Shown in pieces: positions 31,553 through 41,930 of a DNA stretch of 64,000 nt (positions are counted from its first letter, which is position 1; each line of letters starts with the position of its first letter). The translations under genes were made by a program, and so were the position numbers. Source of the stretch: an uncultured delta proteobacterium (lineage in GTDB: Bacteria; Myxococcota_A; Polyangia; Polyangiales; Polyangiaceae); NCBI GenBank assembly GCA_963850305.1, contig CAWKKR010000007.1, forward strand, positions 608,001 to 672,000. The letters are read 5' to 3'. Under the pieces are notes generated by a model. That model was not told the origin of the DNA. It did not search any database and saw only the letters and a list, made by a program, of their open reading frames with translations.

Positions 31553-33696
31553 AGAGTGGCCTCTCGACGTTGCCATTCGTCGCGGCCGTATTCGCATTTG
31601 GCTTCCTGTGCTCGGCGACCGCTCGCGCGAACGCGGTTCGGGGTCCGAGTTGCGCCGATGGCAATCTGTTCGTGGGTGCGCGCGCGAGCGGACCCGGAGT
31701 GACGGACAGGCTTGGGCAACTCGCCGACGGCCGCATCGCACCCGAGGGTGCCACCTGGCCCGACCCGGGGGTACTCGTGAAAGTCGATGGCGAGCTGACG
31801 CTGGACCTCGGGAGCCCGGTGCCGGCGCGGCGCTTCTTCGTCCAGATCGACGCGGACCAGCGCGCTCTCGTCGGATTCTCCGCCGACGGTTCGGCGTGGG
31901 AAGCGGTGAGCATATCGCCGGATCCATCGGCGTCGGGGATGATCTCGCGCGTCGTCGATCTTCCGCCACGGCTCGTGCGCTACGTCCGCCTCCTTGCCGT
32001 CGACCCACCCCGGGTGCTCGCTCTGACGGAACTGGCCCTCTACTGCGACGCTAACTACGACGTGAACAGCGGCCTGCGCATCGTTGCCGAGCACCTGCAC
32101 CCCGGCGAGGGCGCAGACCTCGCGCGCCGAAGCGGTTCACCGATGAACGTCGTGAAGTTGATCGTCGTGCTCCTGGCGCTCGGCGCCGCTTTCGTGGCAA
32201 GGCGAGGTCGTCGCGTTCCCGTTGCGGTGGTGGCGGGTCTCGCGATGGCGGCGGTGGGGGCGTACGCGGATTTCGGTGCGTACCACGACGGGCGCTTCGT
32301 CCACGACCACGACGTGTTCCATTACTTCATCGGGGCGAAGTACTTCCCGTCTCTCGGCTACGATCTTCTATACGACTGCGCGAGCATCGCCGAGGCCGAA
32401 GCGGGATTTCCGCAGAGAGTCGGACTTCGACCGATGCGGGATCTGCGCACGGACTACATGGTGGCCGGCACGGAGGCGCTCCGGCACACCAAGGAGTGTC
32501 ATCGGGCATTCTCCGAAGTCGAGTGGCATGATTTCGTGCGCGACGTTCGGGTTTTTGCCAATGCGTCCGTGGTGAGCGAGTGGATCGCCGTCCTGAAGGA
32601 TCACGGCTTCAACGCGAGCCCTGCCTGGATCGCACCGGCGCGTGCGCTGTCCCGCCGGTTGCGCGCGTCTTCGCCGTGGGTCATTGGCTGGGGCGCCTCG
32701 GCGTTCAGCGGCGTCGTTCCTGCCCTCGATCCGCTGTTGCTCGCGCTTGCCTTCGGCGCGGCGGTCTGGGGCTTCGGAATCGTGCCGGCCTCCTTCGCGG
32801 CGATCGTGTTCGCTTGCAACCCGCTCGCCGAATTTTCTTGGATCGGCGGCGGATTTTTGAGGCAGCTCTGGTTCGCGAGTCTCGTGATTGCACTCGCCCT
32901 CTTGCGCCGCAGGCAATGGGCTCTGGGCGGCGCAGGACTCGGTATCGCGACCGCGCTGCAGCTGTTTCCGGTCGTCTGCCTCGCAGGTGTCGCGGCCCTC
33001 GGGGCGGTCGATCTCGTTCAGCGCCGGCGCGTGGATGCTCGGGTGAGCCGCGTGCTCGCTGCAGGTGTCACGACCCTCGTCCTCCTGGCGCCGCTATCCG
33101 CGTGGGGATCGGGGCGGAGCCGAGCGTGGTCCGAATTCGTGATCAACACGCGAAAGCATGCGGCCACGCCGTCCGGCAATCTGGTCGGCTTGCCCGCAGC
33201 GCTCTCTTTTCGCATGTCGACGCGCGCGAGCGTGCTCTACGACGTCGCTGCGGTCGACGCGCACGCACACGTCCGGCAGGCGCGCATCGACAACTATCGG
33301 CACGTCCGTCCCCTGCACTGGTTCGGCATCGTCCTTGGGCTCTGGCTTTTCATGCGCCTGGCTCGTCGTCGAGCAGTCGAGCCGTGGGAGCTCGCGGTCT
33401 TCGCTCTCGCGCTCGTCCCGTTTTGCCTCGAGGTCTCCAGTTACTACACGGAGTGGCTGTCCATCATTGCGCTCGCGGGTAGGCGTGCTCCACCCACTTG
33501 GCTGGTAATTCTCGGCACCGTGACGGCGTTGCTGGCCCTTCGAATGTTCCTTTCGAGCGCCGAATCCGACGTGCTCTTCGCGAGGTCGAGCTGGATCCTC
33601 GTCGGCGGAGTGACTGTCGCGCTGGCCTGCGAAGCGTGGCGACGTCCGAACGCGGAGTCAGGGTCCGTAGCTGTACCGGGTGACCCCTCGGGCTGA
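31549..33696 (+). CDS. Polytopic membrane protein with an N-terminal beta-sandwich domain (possible GT-C glycosyltransferase)
   Basis: Signal peptide; discoidin-like segment (LTLDLG...RYVRL); HDVFHYFIGAKYF.LGY; DHGFNASPAW; many TM segments; ATGA overlap. Confidence 0.65.
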   Translation: MKSGLSTLPFVAAVFAFGFLCSATARANAVRGPSCADGNLFVGARASGPGVTDRLGQLADGRIAPEGATWPDPGVLVKVDGELTLDLGSPVPARRFFVQIDADQRALVGFSADGSAWEAVSISPDPSASGMISRVVDLPPRLVRYVRLLAVDPPRVLALTELALYCDANYDVNSGLRIVAEHLHPGEGADLARRSGSPMNVVKLIVVLLALGAAFVARRGRRVPVAVVAGLAMAAVGAYADFGAYHDGRFVHDHDVFHYFIGAKYFPSLGYDLLYDCASIAEAEAGFPQRVGLRPMRDLRTDYMVAGTEALRHTKECHRAFSEVEWHDFVRDVRVFANASVVSEWIAVLKDHGFNASPAWIAPARALSRRLRASSPWVIGWGASAFSGVVPALDPLLLALAFGAAVWGFGIVPASFAAIVFACNPLAEFSWIGGGFLRQLWFASLVIALALLRRRQWALGGAGLGIATALQLFPVVCLAGVAALGAVDLVQRRRVDARVSRVLAAGVTTLVLLAPLSAWGSGRSRAWSEFVINTRKHAATPSGNLVGLPAALSFRMSTRASVLYDVAAVDAHAHVRQARIDNYRHVRPLHWFGIVLGLWLFMRLARRRAVEPWELAVFALALVPFCLEVSSYYTEWLSIIALAGRRAPPTWLVILGTVTALLALRMFLSSAESDVLFARSSWILVGGVTVALACEAWRRPNAESGSVAVPGDPSG

Positions 33697-33743
33697 ATCG
33701 TCGACGCTCGAGCGCGGGCACGAGTTTTTCATATGTGCTTCAC

Positions 33744-34226
33744 ATGGTGTTCGAAGCGCTTCCGGCCAGGTCGTCGAGCCACGAGGAATCAGTCAGGGCG
33801 CTCCGCCGCTTTCTCTCCGGGTGGGGCATGAAGGACACACCGAGCGCGTTCGTCGCTGCTGGACGGCTCGCTGCGGCGGCGCGTGGCGGCTGTCGAACGA
33901 CGAGCCCGCGTGAACTCTGCGAGCGGGGTGCGCGAATCGGGCGCGCGTGGATCGAGGATTTCGCTCGCGCGGCCGGCGGAACCGAAGTGGATTGGCTCTT
34001 TCGCGCCAGACGGCTTCTCGAGCGCTATCCGCGCACGTTTTTGGAGACTCCGATTCCGATCGGCCCCCGGCCGATGCGGCTCCTGCTGTTGCCGGAACCC
34101 CAGCCTTCCGAGATGATGCAGCAGTCCATCACCGATTCCGTCGAGCGACTCCAGCGGCTCATCGAGGCCGTGGCGGAGCGCCTGCGGATGCGGCGCGCGA
34201 CCGTCGATGCCCGGCCCTGCATCTGA
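33744..34226 (+). CDS. Hypothetical protein upstream of mdoH
   Basis: ORF fills the gap co-directionally; no family recognised. Confidence 0.5.
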   Translation: MVFEALPARSSSHEESVRALRRFLSGWGMKDTPSAFVAAGRLAAAARGGCRTTSPRELCERGARIGRAWIEDFARAAGGTEVDWLFRARRLLERYPRTFLETPIPIGPRPMRLLLLPEPQPSEMMQQSITDSVERLQRLIEAVAERLRMRRATVDARPCI

Positions 34227-34335
34227 CACGGACTCCTGCGCCGCACTGTTTCGCGCGCCTCTGCTCGCGGAGGATGCAGTGGCGCCCGTCCGTCGGGCCC
34301 GGACGTAGGCACGACTTTTTCATGGCCGCTGCGAC

Positions 34336-36378
34336 ATGGAACCACAAGCGACGAGCATTCCCTTTCTCCGAGAGCAACCACACCCCGACGCGGCCCAGAG
34401 ACGTGCGTGGCTCGTCGTGGGTCCCGTCGCGGCGACCAGTCTGCTTGCCACCGCGCTGTTCGGCCTCGCGCTCTTCGATGCGCGCGTGGGTGAGCTCGGA
34501 CTGCTGCTCGTTGCGCTTTTTTTTCCGCTTTTTGCGTGGGTGGCGTTCTGGTTCTGGGTGACGCTCATCGGCGTGGCAAAGATTCGCGGAGCGCGGCGCG
34601 AGCTGGCCGGGTTCGGGGACGACGGATGTCCATCCTCGCTGGAGGAGCCGCTGCCCCTCACCGCCGTCGTGGTGCCCATCCACAACGAGTCCGTTGACGG
34701 CGTGTTTGCGCGCCTCCGCGCCATGCTCGAGTCCGTCGCGGCCATGCCCGGCGCCGATCGCTTCGAGTTCTTTCTGCTGAGCGACTCGTCAGAGCCGGAC
34801 GTCTGGCTCCGCGAGGAGATCGCGTGGGCGGAGCTCCGGCAACAGCGGACGCAAGCACCCATCCTTTATTACAGGCGAAGGGGGCGCAAGTTCCGGAAGA
34901 AGAGCGGTAACATCGGCGAGTTCTGTGAGCGCTGGGGGCGACGATACCGCTACATGATCGTTCTCGACGCCGACAGCGTCATGGACGGCAAGATCATGCG
35001 CGAACTCGTGCGACGGATGGAACATGCGCCGCGCGTCGGTATCCTCCAGGCACCGTCGCTGCCCGCCATGCGGCACTCATTTTACGCGCGATTGCAGCAA
35101 TTCGCTGCGTCCATCTACGGGCCGCCGATCTTCGCGGGTCTGGCCTATTGCTTCCAGAGCCGGGGGAACTTCTGGGGACACAACGCAATTCTCCGTATGG
35201 ACACGTTCATCGAGCACTGCGGTCTTCCAGGGTTGCCGGGACGACCTCCGCTGGGCGGGCCGATCCTGAGTCACGACTTCGTCGAGGCCGCCTTGATGTG
35301 CCGCGGCGGCTACGATGTCAGGCTCGCGTGGGATCTGACGGCAGGGAGCTACGAGCAGTGCCCGGTGTCGCTCGAGAGCGCGGCGGCGCGCGACCGGAGA
35401 TGGTGCCAGGGTAATCTGCAGCACGCGAGGCTCATTCTGTCGCCGTCATTCTTGCCGGCGAGTCGCGTTCACTTCGCGGTCGGTGTTTGCTTTTACCTGG
35501 TGTCCGTTCTCTGGGCGGTGTTCACGCTGGTCTATACGGTCGTGTATGTGCGCTCCCCCGGAACGGCGATCCCCGGCGGTCTGCGAGAGGTGTCCGTCGG
35601 GCTGTTCGTGACGACGTTCTCGCTCCTGTTCGTCGCGAAGCTCGCGAGCCTCGCGCTCGCGGTCACGGACTCCGCTCGCGCTCGATCGCATGGCGGCAAG
35701 TTTGCGCTCGTGACCAGCGCGGTCCTCGAGACTACGGTCTCGGTCCTCGTCGCACCGATTCTCATGGTGGCTCACGTCGCCTGCGTCACCTCGGTCCTGT
35801 TCGGCATGACCGTCGACTGGGGGAGCGTCGAGCGCGGCGAAACCCCTTCGCCCTGGATGGATGCGGTGCGGGCCTACGGTGCCGAGAGCCTCGGCGGTAT
35901 CCTCCTGATGGCCCTCGTCTTCGTCGGTGCTCGTGGGGTTTTCTGGTGGTTGTCGCCGATCTGGGTCGGCCTGACGTTCGCGGTGCCACTGGCCGCCGTC
36001 CTCGGCAGTCGCTCCGTGGGAGACGAGTGCAAGCGCGAGGGCCTGCTCTTGACGCCGGCCGATACGGAACGATCGCCGATTCTCGAACGGGTCGCGGAAC
36101 TGACCCGCGAACCGCCCGTCGAAGCATCCGATTTCCTCGGTCGGTTTCGCACTTTCGTGAGCGACCCCTGGTTCAATTCGCTGCACGTTGGACTGTTGCG
36201 CGCGGCCGGGCTCCGCACGCGCCCGCGCCAGGTTGTGGCGGAGCTCGTGGACCGGGTGCGCCGCGCGGGCGCCAGTGCGCTCAGTCCCGATGACGCACTG
36301 ACGATTCTGTCGGACCCATGGGCGATGCAGACGCTTCATGACGAGAGCAACGCCGTCCCATCCGAAGAAGCCACCTGA
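34336..36378 (+). CDS. mdoH: Glucans biosynthesis glucosyltransferase MdoH/OpgH
   Basis: PIHNE, FFLLSDS, KSGNIGEFCERWG, LDADSVM, NFWGHNAI, LSHDFVEAALM, RDRRWCQGNLQH. Confidence 0.95.
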   Translation: MEPQATSIPFLREQPHPDAAQRRAWLVVGPVAATSLLATALFGLALFDARVGELGLLLVALFFPLFAWVAFWFWVTLIGVAKIRGARRELAGFGDDGCPSSLEEPLPLTAVVVPIHNESVDGVFARLRAMLESVAAMPGADRFEFFLLSDSSEPDVWLREEIAWAELRQQRTQAPILYYRRRGRKFRKKSGNIGEFCERWGRRYRYMIVLDADSVMDGKIMRELVRRMEHAPRVGILQAPSLPAMRHSFYARLQQFAASIYGPPIFAGLAYCFQSRGNFWGHNAILRMDTFIEHCGLPGLPGRPPLGGPILSHDFVEAALMCRGGYDVRLAWDLTAGSYEQCPVSLESAAARDRRWCQGNLQHARLILSPSFLPASRVHFAVGVCFYLVSVLWAVFTLVYTVVYVRSPGTAIPGGLREVSVGLFVTTFSLLFVAKLASLALAVTDSARARSHGGKFALVTSAVLETTVSVLVAPILMVAHVACVTSVLFGMTVDWGSVERGETPSPWMDAVRAYGAESLGGILLMALVFVGARGVFWWLSPIWVGLTFAVPLAAVLGSRSVGDECKREGLLLTPADTERSPILERVAELTREPPVEASDFLGRFRTFVSDPWFNSLHVGLLRAAGLRTRPRQVVAELVDRVRRAGASALSPDDALTILSDPWAMQTLHDESNAVPSEEAT

Positions 36379-36449
36379 CCCCAGAGGTTGCCTGGGATGG
36401 CCTTCGGGTCCGGGAGATCGCCCGGGTCGAAACGCGTTCCAGCGCCGTC

Positions 36450-37430
36450 TCAGAGGCCCCATTCCGACAGGTGCGCCGCGAGTACCGCATAGAAACTCTG
36501 CGCGTCGAAGCTGCCTGACCAGCCGATCTGCTCCCAGTGATCGGCGTCCACCTCGCCGAGGACGCTACCCCACCGTTGCGACTCCGCGGGCACGATGCCG
36601 TCGTTGGACCCGACGGTCCGCAGCAAGTACGCATGCCCGGGTGCGAGGAGAGCGTTCAGGCACGTCGTGTCGGCCCCGACGGCCCCGACGACGCTCGAAT
36701 AAGCGACGCCGGATACGTCGGGGATGTCATCGTTGAAGCGTGCCATGCGCTCGGTCGTGAGGTCGTAGAGCCCATCCACGTTGGCGCCCACGGAGTTGAG
36801 CATGCGCCGCAGTTGACGCCATTCGCCGATCCAGTTCGCGCCGGTGTCGGCCAGCGGCGTCCCGCGGTGGGGCGTGCCGATCGTGGTGAGCGATGCGACG
36901 CGCTCGTGGAGTCCGAGGCGGGCGATCGCGTAGCGCGCGTCGAGGCCGCCCATGCTGTGCGCGACGATGTTTACGCGCTCCGCGTCGAGCCGCTCGATCT
37001 GGCGTGCAAGCTGTGCAGCGCGGAGCTCGACTCCTGCAGCGGGCGCGACGCGCACCGAATGAACGCGGTGACCTGCCGCTTCGAGACGCTCGCGAACGCC
37101 GCGGAAATATTCTTTTCTTGCGCGCGGCAGAACGATCGCGTCGAACCCCATGTAACCGTGCGCGAGGACGATCGGGTGACGCGTGGGGGCACAGCGTGCG
37201 ACGTCCGCAGGGCGCGGCTTGGGGCGAAGCTCCGGGAGAACGAGCCGCCGTTCGGGCGCCGGCCCCGCGGTACGTTCGTCCGAGACGAGCAGGAACCGGC
37301 GTAATCGTCTCGGCCAGCGCGCGCGTCGCGCTCCTGCCGTCTGCTGCGCTCGATGTTCGCGGACGAGCGCCAGAACGAGAAATATCGCGACCGAAAGGGC
37401 GCCGATGACGAGAAGCGCGCGCGCGAACAC
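36450..37430 (-). CDS. Triacylglycerol lipase/esterase (alpha/beta fold)
   Basis: PIVLAHG, AHSMGG, TIGTPHRG, NDGIV, DHWEQIG. Confidence 0.9.
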   Translation of the reverse strand: MFARALLVIGALSVAIFLVLALVREHRAQQTAGARRARWPRRLRRFLLVSDERTAGPAPERRLVLPELRPKPRPADVARCAPTRHPIVLAHGYMGFDAIVLPRARKEYFRGVRERLEAAGHRVHSVRVAPAAGVELRAAQLARQIERLDAERVNIVAHSMGGLDARYAIARLGLHERVASLTTIGTPHRGTPLADTGANWIGEWRQLRRMLNSVGANVDGLYDLTTERMARFNDDIPDVSGVAYSSVVGAVGADTTCLNALLAPGHAYLLRTVGSNDGIVPAESQRWGSVLGEVDADHWEQIGWSGSFDAQSFYAVLAAHLSEWGL

Positions 37431-37543
37431 GGTTGGCCCTTTTCCTCAGACGGCTACCGTGCGGGTTTCATTCCGTCAAGCGTTCCAGTGGAAGCGTTCA
37501 CCCTCAAATTCGCACCAACAAAAATCTGCGGGCTCCGGCGCGA

Positions 37544-39034
37544 TCAGTAGGGATCCTTCATCATGGGCGGCGGATCGATCAGGCCCAGGTCCGACGTTGC
37601 TGGTGGCGGGCGCTCGATACGGACCTTCTTCGACGTTCGTCGCGCGGGCGCCTTCCTGATGACGCCTTCTCGCCTCGGTTGTGGGCGCGCCGCGCGCGCG
37701 ATCACTTCACGCTCTACCGTGCGGGGCGCGTCCATCGACACCGGCGTTTCCTCGGGAAGCTTCGCGGTTCGAGGCTGCGGAGGCTCGGTACGCACCGACG
37801 AAGAGATCGTCGGCGCGAGTGACACTTTCGCGTGGTGAACATTCCGCACGAGCGCGAAGGTCGACGAGAAGAATGTCACTCCGGCAAGAGCGGCGACGAC
37901 GACATGAAGATGTCCGCGCCCCGCGGGCGGTCGTCGAGGGCGACGAGCACGCAGGTCCGTTCGCGGCCGCTTCTCCAGCGGGATCGTCGGTGCGCGCGGC
38001 GGCGCGGGCTGCTGGCCCGGAGGCGTTTTCACGTTGAGAAGAGGGAGAGGCGTGCTTGGTGGCGGCGACGAGATCTCGCCGACGGCGGGCACGTGCAGCG
38101 GATCGTCGTCGTCCTCGTCGTCGGTGCAAGCGAGCCACGTTTTCTGCAGGGATTCGCCGCAAACATCCTCCGTGACGCCTCGCTCGACGAGCCACCGCGA
38201 GAGGTCCCTCCCGAGCGCGCTCATGGACGGATAGCGTTCGTCTCGATCGCGAAGGAGACCTCGCTGGAGGATGGTCCACAGCGCCTTATCGTTCACGCCC
38301 AGGGTGCATATCGGGATGACGTCGTCTTCGATCACGCTTCGGAGGACCGCGTTGTAGTTGGTGCCGTGAAAGGCGGCGCAGCCCGTCACCGCCTCGTAAA
38401 GTACGACGCAGATCGTCCAGACGTCGGCTCGAAGATCGACGTCCTCCAGCCCGCGCGCTTGTTCGGGCGCCATGTACCATGGGCTGCCGAGGATGGTGCC
38501 GTCGCGCGTGAGTTTCGGCGGTTCGCCGACGCAGCCGACCTTCGCGATGCCGAAGTCCACGACCTTCGGCTGGAGTCGGCGGCCTTCTCGCGCGAGAAAT
38601 ATGTTGGAAGGCTTCAGATCCCGATGCACGACGCCGCATTGGTGCGCGTGCGACAGGCCCTCGATGACGGGCAGGAGGATCTGACCCGCGACCGAGGTCG
38701 CGATGCGCGTCTGCTCGGCGAGAGTGTCGCAGAGACTCCGTCCGGAGAGCAGCTCCATCACGATGAACGGGTCCGCGTGTTCGGTTTCTCCGAAGTCGAA
38801 CACGCGAACGATCGCGGGGTGTTCGATCTTCGCCGCCGCACGGGCCTCGTTGAGGAGGCGCGTCGAAGCCTCGCGCGAGTGGAGCTCCGGCCGGATGAGC
38901 TTGAGCGCGACCGGCGCCTCGAGGGTCTCGTTACGGGCGAGCCAGACCGTTCCCATGCCGCCCTCGCCGAGCACCCGTTCGAGTCGATACTTTCCGACGA
39001 GATCTCCGGTCGCGTAGTTCCTGAGCACTTGCAT
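37544..39034 (-). CDS. Membrane Ser/Thr protein kinase
   Basis: LGEGGMGTV, VALK, HRDLKPSN, DFG, GSPWYMAPE; one TM near the C-terminus. Confidence 0.92.
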   Translation of the reverse strand: MQVLRNYATGDLVGKYRLERVLGEGGMGTVWLARNETLEAPVALKLIRPELHSREASTRLLNEARAAAKIEHPAIVRVFDFGETEHADPFIVMELLSGRSLCDTLAEQTRIATSVAGQILLPVIEGLSHAHQCGVVHRDLKPSNIFLAREGRRLQPKVVDFGIAKVGCVGEPPKLTRDGTILGSPWYMAPEQARGLEDVDLRADVWTICVVLYEAVTGCAAFHGTNYNAVLRSVIEDDVIPICTLGVNDKALWTILQRGLLRDRDERYPSMSALGRDLSRWLVERGVTEDVCGESLQKTWLACTDDEDDDDPLHVPAVGEISSPPPSTPLPLLNVKTPPGQQPAPPRAPTIPLEKRPRTDLRARRPRRPPAGRGHLHVVVAALAGVTFFSSTFALVRNVHHAKVSLAPTISSSVRTEPPQPRTAKLPEETPVSMDAPRTVEREVIARAARPQPRREGVIRKAPARRTSKKVRIERPPPATSDLGLIDPPPMMKDPY

Positions 39035-39200
39035 GAAGAATCTGCATGAACCAGACCCGAGGACGGGTCGTTCGTTCGTGCGCGATTTCCCGGGTCGTGC
39101 GCCCGCGCGTGACGGCGCGCGGGCTCGCGTGCGGAGTATTCCTGCCACGCGCGACAAAACCGCGCATGCCCGGGCCGGCTTCGCGGGCTAGAATGACGGG

Positions 39201-40380
39201 ATGAACGAGGGCGATCTCGACCGTGCGCTGCGCCTCGAGACGCTGGCCATTCACGCAGGGCAGGCTCCGGATCCGGTGCACGGCGCGGTGATGACGCCGA
39301 TCGTGCTCTCCAGCACTTTTGCGCAACCCGAACCAGGAAAACCCTTGCGCTACGATTACTCGCGGAGCGGCAATCCGACCCGCGAGGCGCTCGAGGCGTG
39401 CGTCGCCGCACTCGAAGGGGGTGGTCGCGGGTTTGCGTTCGGAAGCGGTTGCGCCGCGGCGACGACGCTGCTCCACACGCTTCGCCCCGGCGATCACGTG
39501 GTGTGCGGGGACGACGTGTACGGCGGCACGCATCGTATCTTGCGCACGGTGCTCGCACCAATGGGTATCGACGTGACGTTCGTCGACCTTCGGACGACGG
39601 ACGCGCTCGCCGGGGCCCTGATGCCCCGAACCCGGATGGTGTGGCTCGAGACGCCCACGAACCCGCTCCTCCGGCTAGCGGATATCCGCGCCGTGGCGCG
39701 TGTAGCGGCGGAACATGGCGCCCAGCTCGTCGTCGACAACACGTTCGCGTCACCGATCTCTGCAGCAGCCGCTCGAGCTTGGTGCGACCGTCGTCGTGCA
39801 CTCGACGACGAAGTACATCAATGGCCACTCGGACGCGGTCGGCGGTATGGTGGTGACGCGAGACGCGGGCCTCGCCGACGAGCTCCGATTCCTGCAGAAC
39901 GCCATGGGCAGCGTTCCGAGTCCCTTCGACTGTTATCTCGTCCTGCGCGGCATCAAGACGCTGCCCGTGCGCATGGAACGCCACGTGGCGACCGCGCTCG
40001 AGCTCGCGACGCGCCTCGAACGCGCGCGGGGCGTGTGCCGCGTCCACTACCCGGGGCTCGTAAGCCATCCGCAACACGTGCTCGCCAGGACGCAGATGGC
40101 GGGCCCGGGCGGCATGGTGAGCCTGGAGCTCGAGGGTGGAGTGGAAGAGTCGCGACGGTTTCTCTCCGCGCTTCGCATCTTCACGCTCGCCGAGAGCCTC
40201 GGCGGTGTCGAATCGCTAGCGGAGCATCCGGCACTGATGACCCACGCTTCGATTCCCGAGGCCCACCGGCGCGCGATCGGCATCGGTGACACGCTCGTGC
40301 GACTGTCCGTGGGACTCGAACACGTGGAAGATCTCTGGAGCGATCTGGAGCGCGGGCTCCGTGCGGCGAGGGACGGATGA
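39201..40380 (+). CDS. Cystathionine gamma-lyase/synthase (PLP-dependent); one apparent frameshift near 39757
   Basis: YSRSGNPT, DDVYGGT, ETPTNP, VDNTFASP / QQPLELGA, HSTTKYINGHSD, AESLGGVESL. Confidence 0.92.
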
Positions 40381-41753
40381 GCGCTTCGACCGACGTCCGC
40401 GGCGGCGTGCTCGCGCTCATCGGCGAGACGCCGCTCGTCCAGCTCGCATCGTTCGACACGGGCCCCTGCGAGCTCTGGGTCAAGCTCGAAAACCAGAATC
40501 CGGGTGGCTCGATCAAGGATCGCATCGGGCTTGCCATGATCGAAGCGGCGGAGCGTGCGGGATCGATCGGTCCTGGCTCCACGCTCGTCGAAGCGACCGC
40601 CGGCAACACGGGGCTAGGGCTGGCGCTGGTGGCGGCGCGGAAAGGGTATCGGCTCATCCTCGTCATCCCAGACAAGATGAGTCAGGAGAAGGTCTTCCAC
40701 CTGCGCGCGCTCGGCGCCGAGGTGCGGATGACGCGCTCCGACGTCGCGAAGGGACACCGGGACTATTATCAGGACGTTGCCGCCCGGATCGCTCTCGAAG
40801 TCGGCGGGCACTTCGTCAATCAGTTCGGCAATCCAGCGAACCCGCTTGCCCACGAGATGACCACCGGACCCGAGATCTGGCGTCAGAGCGAAGGCCGTCT
40901 CGACGCGATGGTTTGCGGTGTCGGCTCGGGCGGCACCTTGACCGGGCTCAGTCATTACTTCGCACGCATCGCGCCTGGAGTGGAGATGGTGCTCGCGGAT
41001 CCGGCTGGGTCCGTGCTCGCGGGCTACGTCCGGACGGGGAAGGTCGGTACGGCGGGTTCCTGGGTCGTGGAGGGGATCGGCGAAGACTTCATTCCGCCCA
41101 TCTGCGATCTGTCGCGAGTGAAGCAAGCCTTCACGATTCCCGACGAAGAGAGCCTCGCGACGGCGCGAGCGCTGCTCCGCGCCGAGGGGATCCTGGCCGG
41201 GTCCTCGTCGGGCACGCTCGTCGCCGCGGCGCTGCGCTATTGCCGCGCACAGACCAAACCGAAGCGGGTCGTCACGCTCATTTGCGACAGCGGCAACAAG
41301 TACCTGTCGAAGATGTTCAACGATTTCTGGATGCGCGATCAGGGCTTCTTGCGAGGGGAACCGAAGGGCGACCTGCGCGACCTGATTTCACGCAGCACCG
41401 ACAAGGGATCGGTCGTCGCCGTGGCGCCGTCGGATACGCTGCTCGTCGCGCACAGCCGGATGAAGCTTTACGACGTCTCCCAGCTCCCTGTGCTCGACGA
41501 GGGGCGCATCGTCGGCATCCTCGATGAATCCGACGTGTTGCTCGCCGTATCGAAGGACGAAGACGCCTTCCGTCACGCCGTGCGGGATTTCATGACGGGG
41601 CACCTCGAGACCGTTCAGGTCCACGCGCCGTTCGAGTCTCTGCTCCCCCTCTTCAAGAAGGGGCTCGTCGCGATCGTCTGCGACGGCGACACTTTTCTCG
41701 GGCTCATCACGCGGATGGACGTGATCAATTATCTGAGGAGAAGGCTCAGGTAG
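40377..41753 (+). CDS. cbs: Cystathionine beta-synthase with C-terminal CBS domains
   Basis: NPGGSIKDR, ATAGNTG, GSGGT, EGIGEDF, DSGNKYLSK; CBS pair at the C-terminus. Confidence 0.92.
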   Translation: MSASTDVRGGVLALIGETPLVQLASFDTGPCELWVKLENQNPGGSIKDRIGLAMIEAAERAGSIGPGSTLVEATAGNTGLGLALVAARKGYRLILVIPDKMSQEKVFHLRALGAEVRMTRSDVAKGHRDYYQDVAARIALEVGGHFVNQFGNPANPLAHEMTTGPEIWRQSEGRLDAMVCGVGSGGTLTGLSHYFARIAPGVEMVLADPAGSVLAGYVRTGKVGTAGSWVVEGIGEDFIPPICDLSRVKQAFTIPDEESLATARALLRAEGILAGSSSGTLVAAALRYCRAQTKPKRVVTLICDSGNKYLSKMFNDFWMRDQGFLRGEPKGDLRDLISRSTDKGSVVAVAPSDTLLVAHSRMKLYDVSQLPVLDEGRIVGILDESDVLLAVSKDEDAFRHAVRDFMTGHLETVQVHAPFESLLPLFKKGLVAIVCDGDTFLGLITRMDVINYLRRRLR

Positions 41754-41930
41754 CGAGTGCGGGACGGTGACTTGGGTCGTGCGGAACGAGAGCGAGCCCT
41801 GCACCGGCCCCCTTCGCCGCAATGCCAAACCGGCTCCTGCGTTGCCACGAATCAGAGCCTGTTCCGGAAGCCGCACTCCCTGACGTCCGGGCCGAGTGGC
41901 GAAGGATCCGATGCGCGTTAGTTTTGTGGA

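Noticed and set aside
39201..40380. Programmed frameshift or split gene in cystathionine gamma-lyase
   Set aside because: There is a single shift in a conserved region with no obvious slippery site; an indel error is more likely given others in the window.
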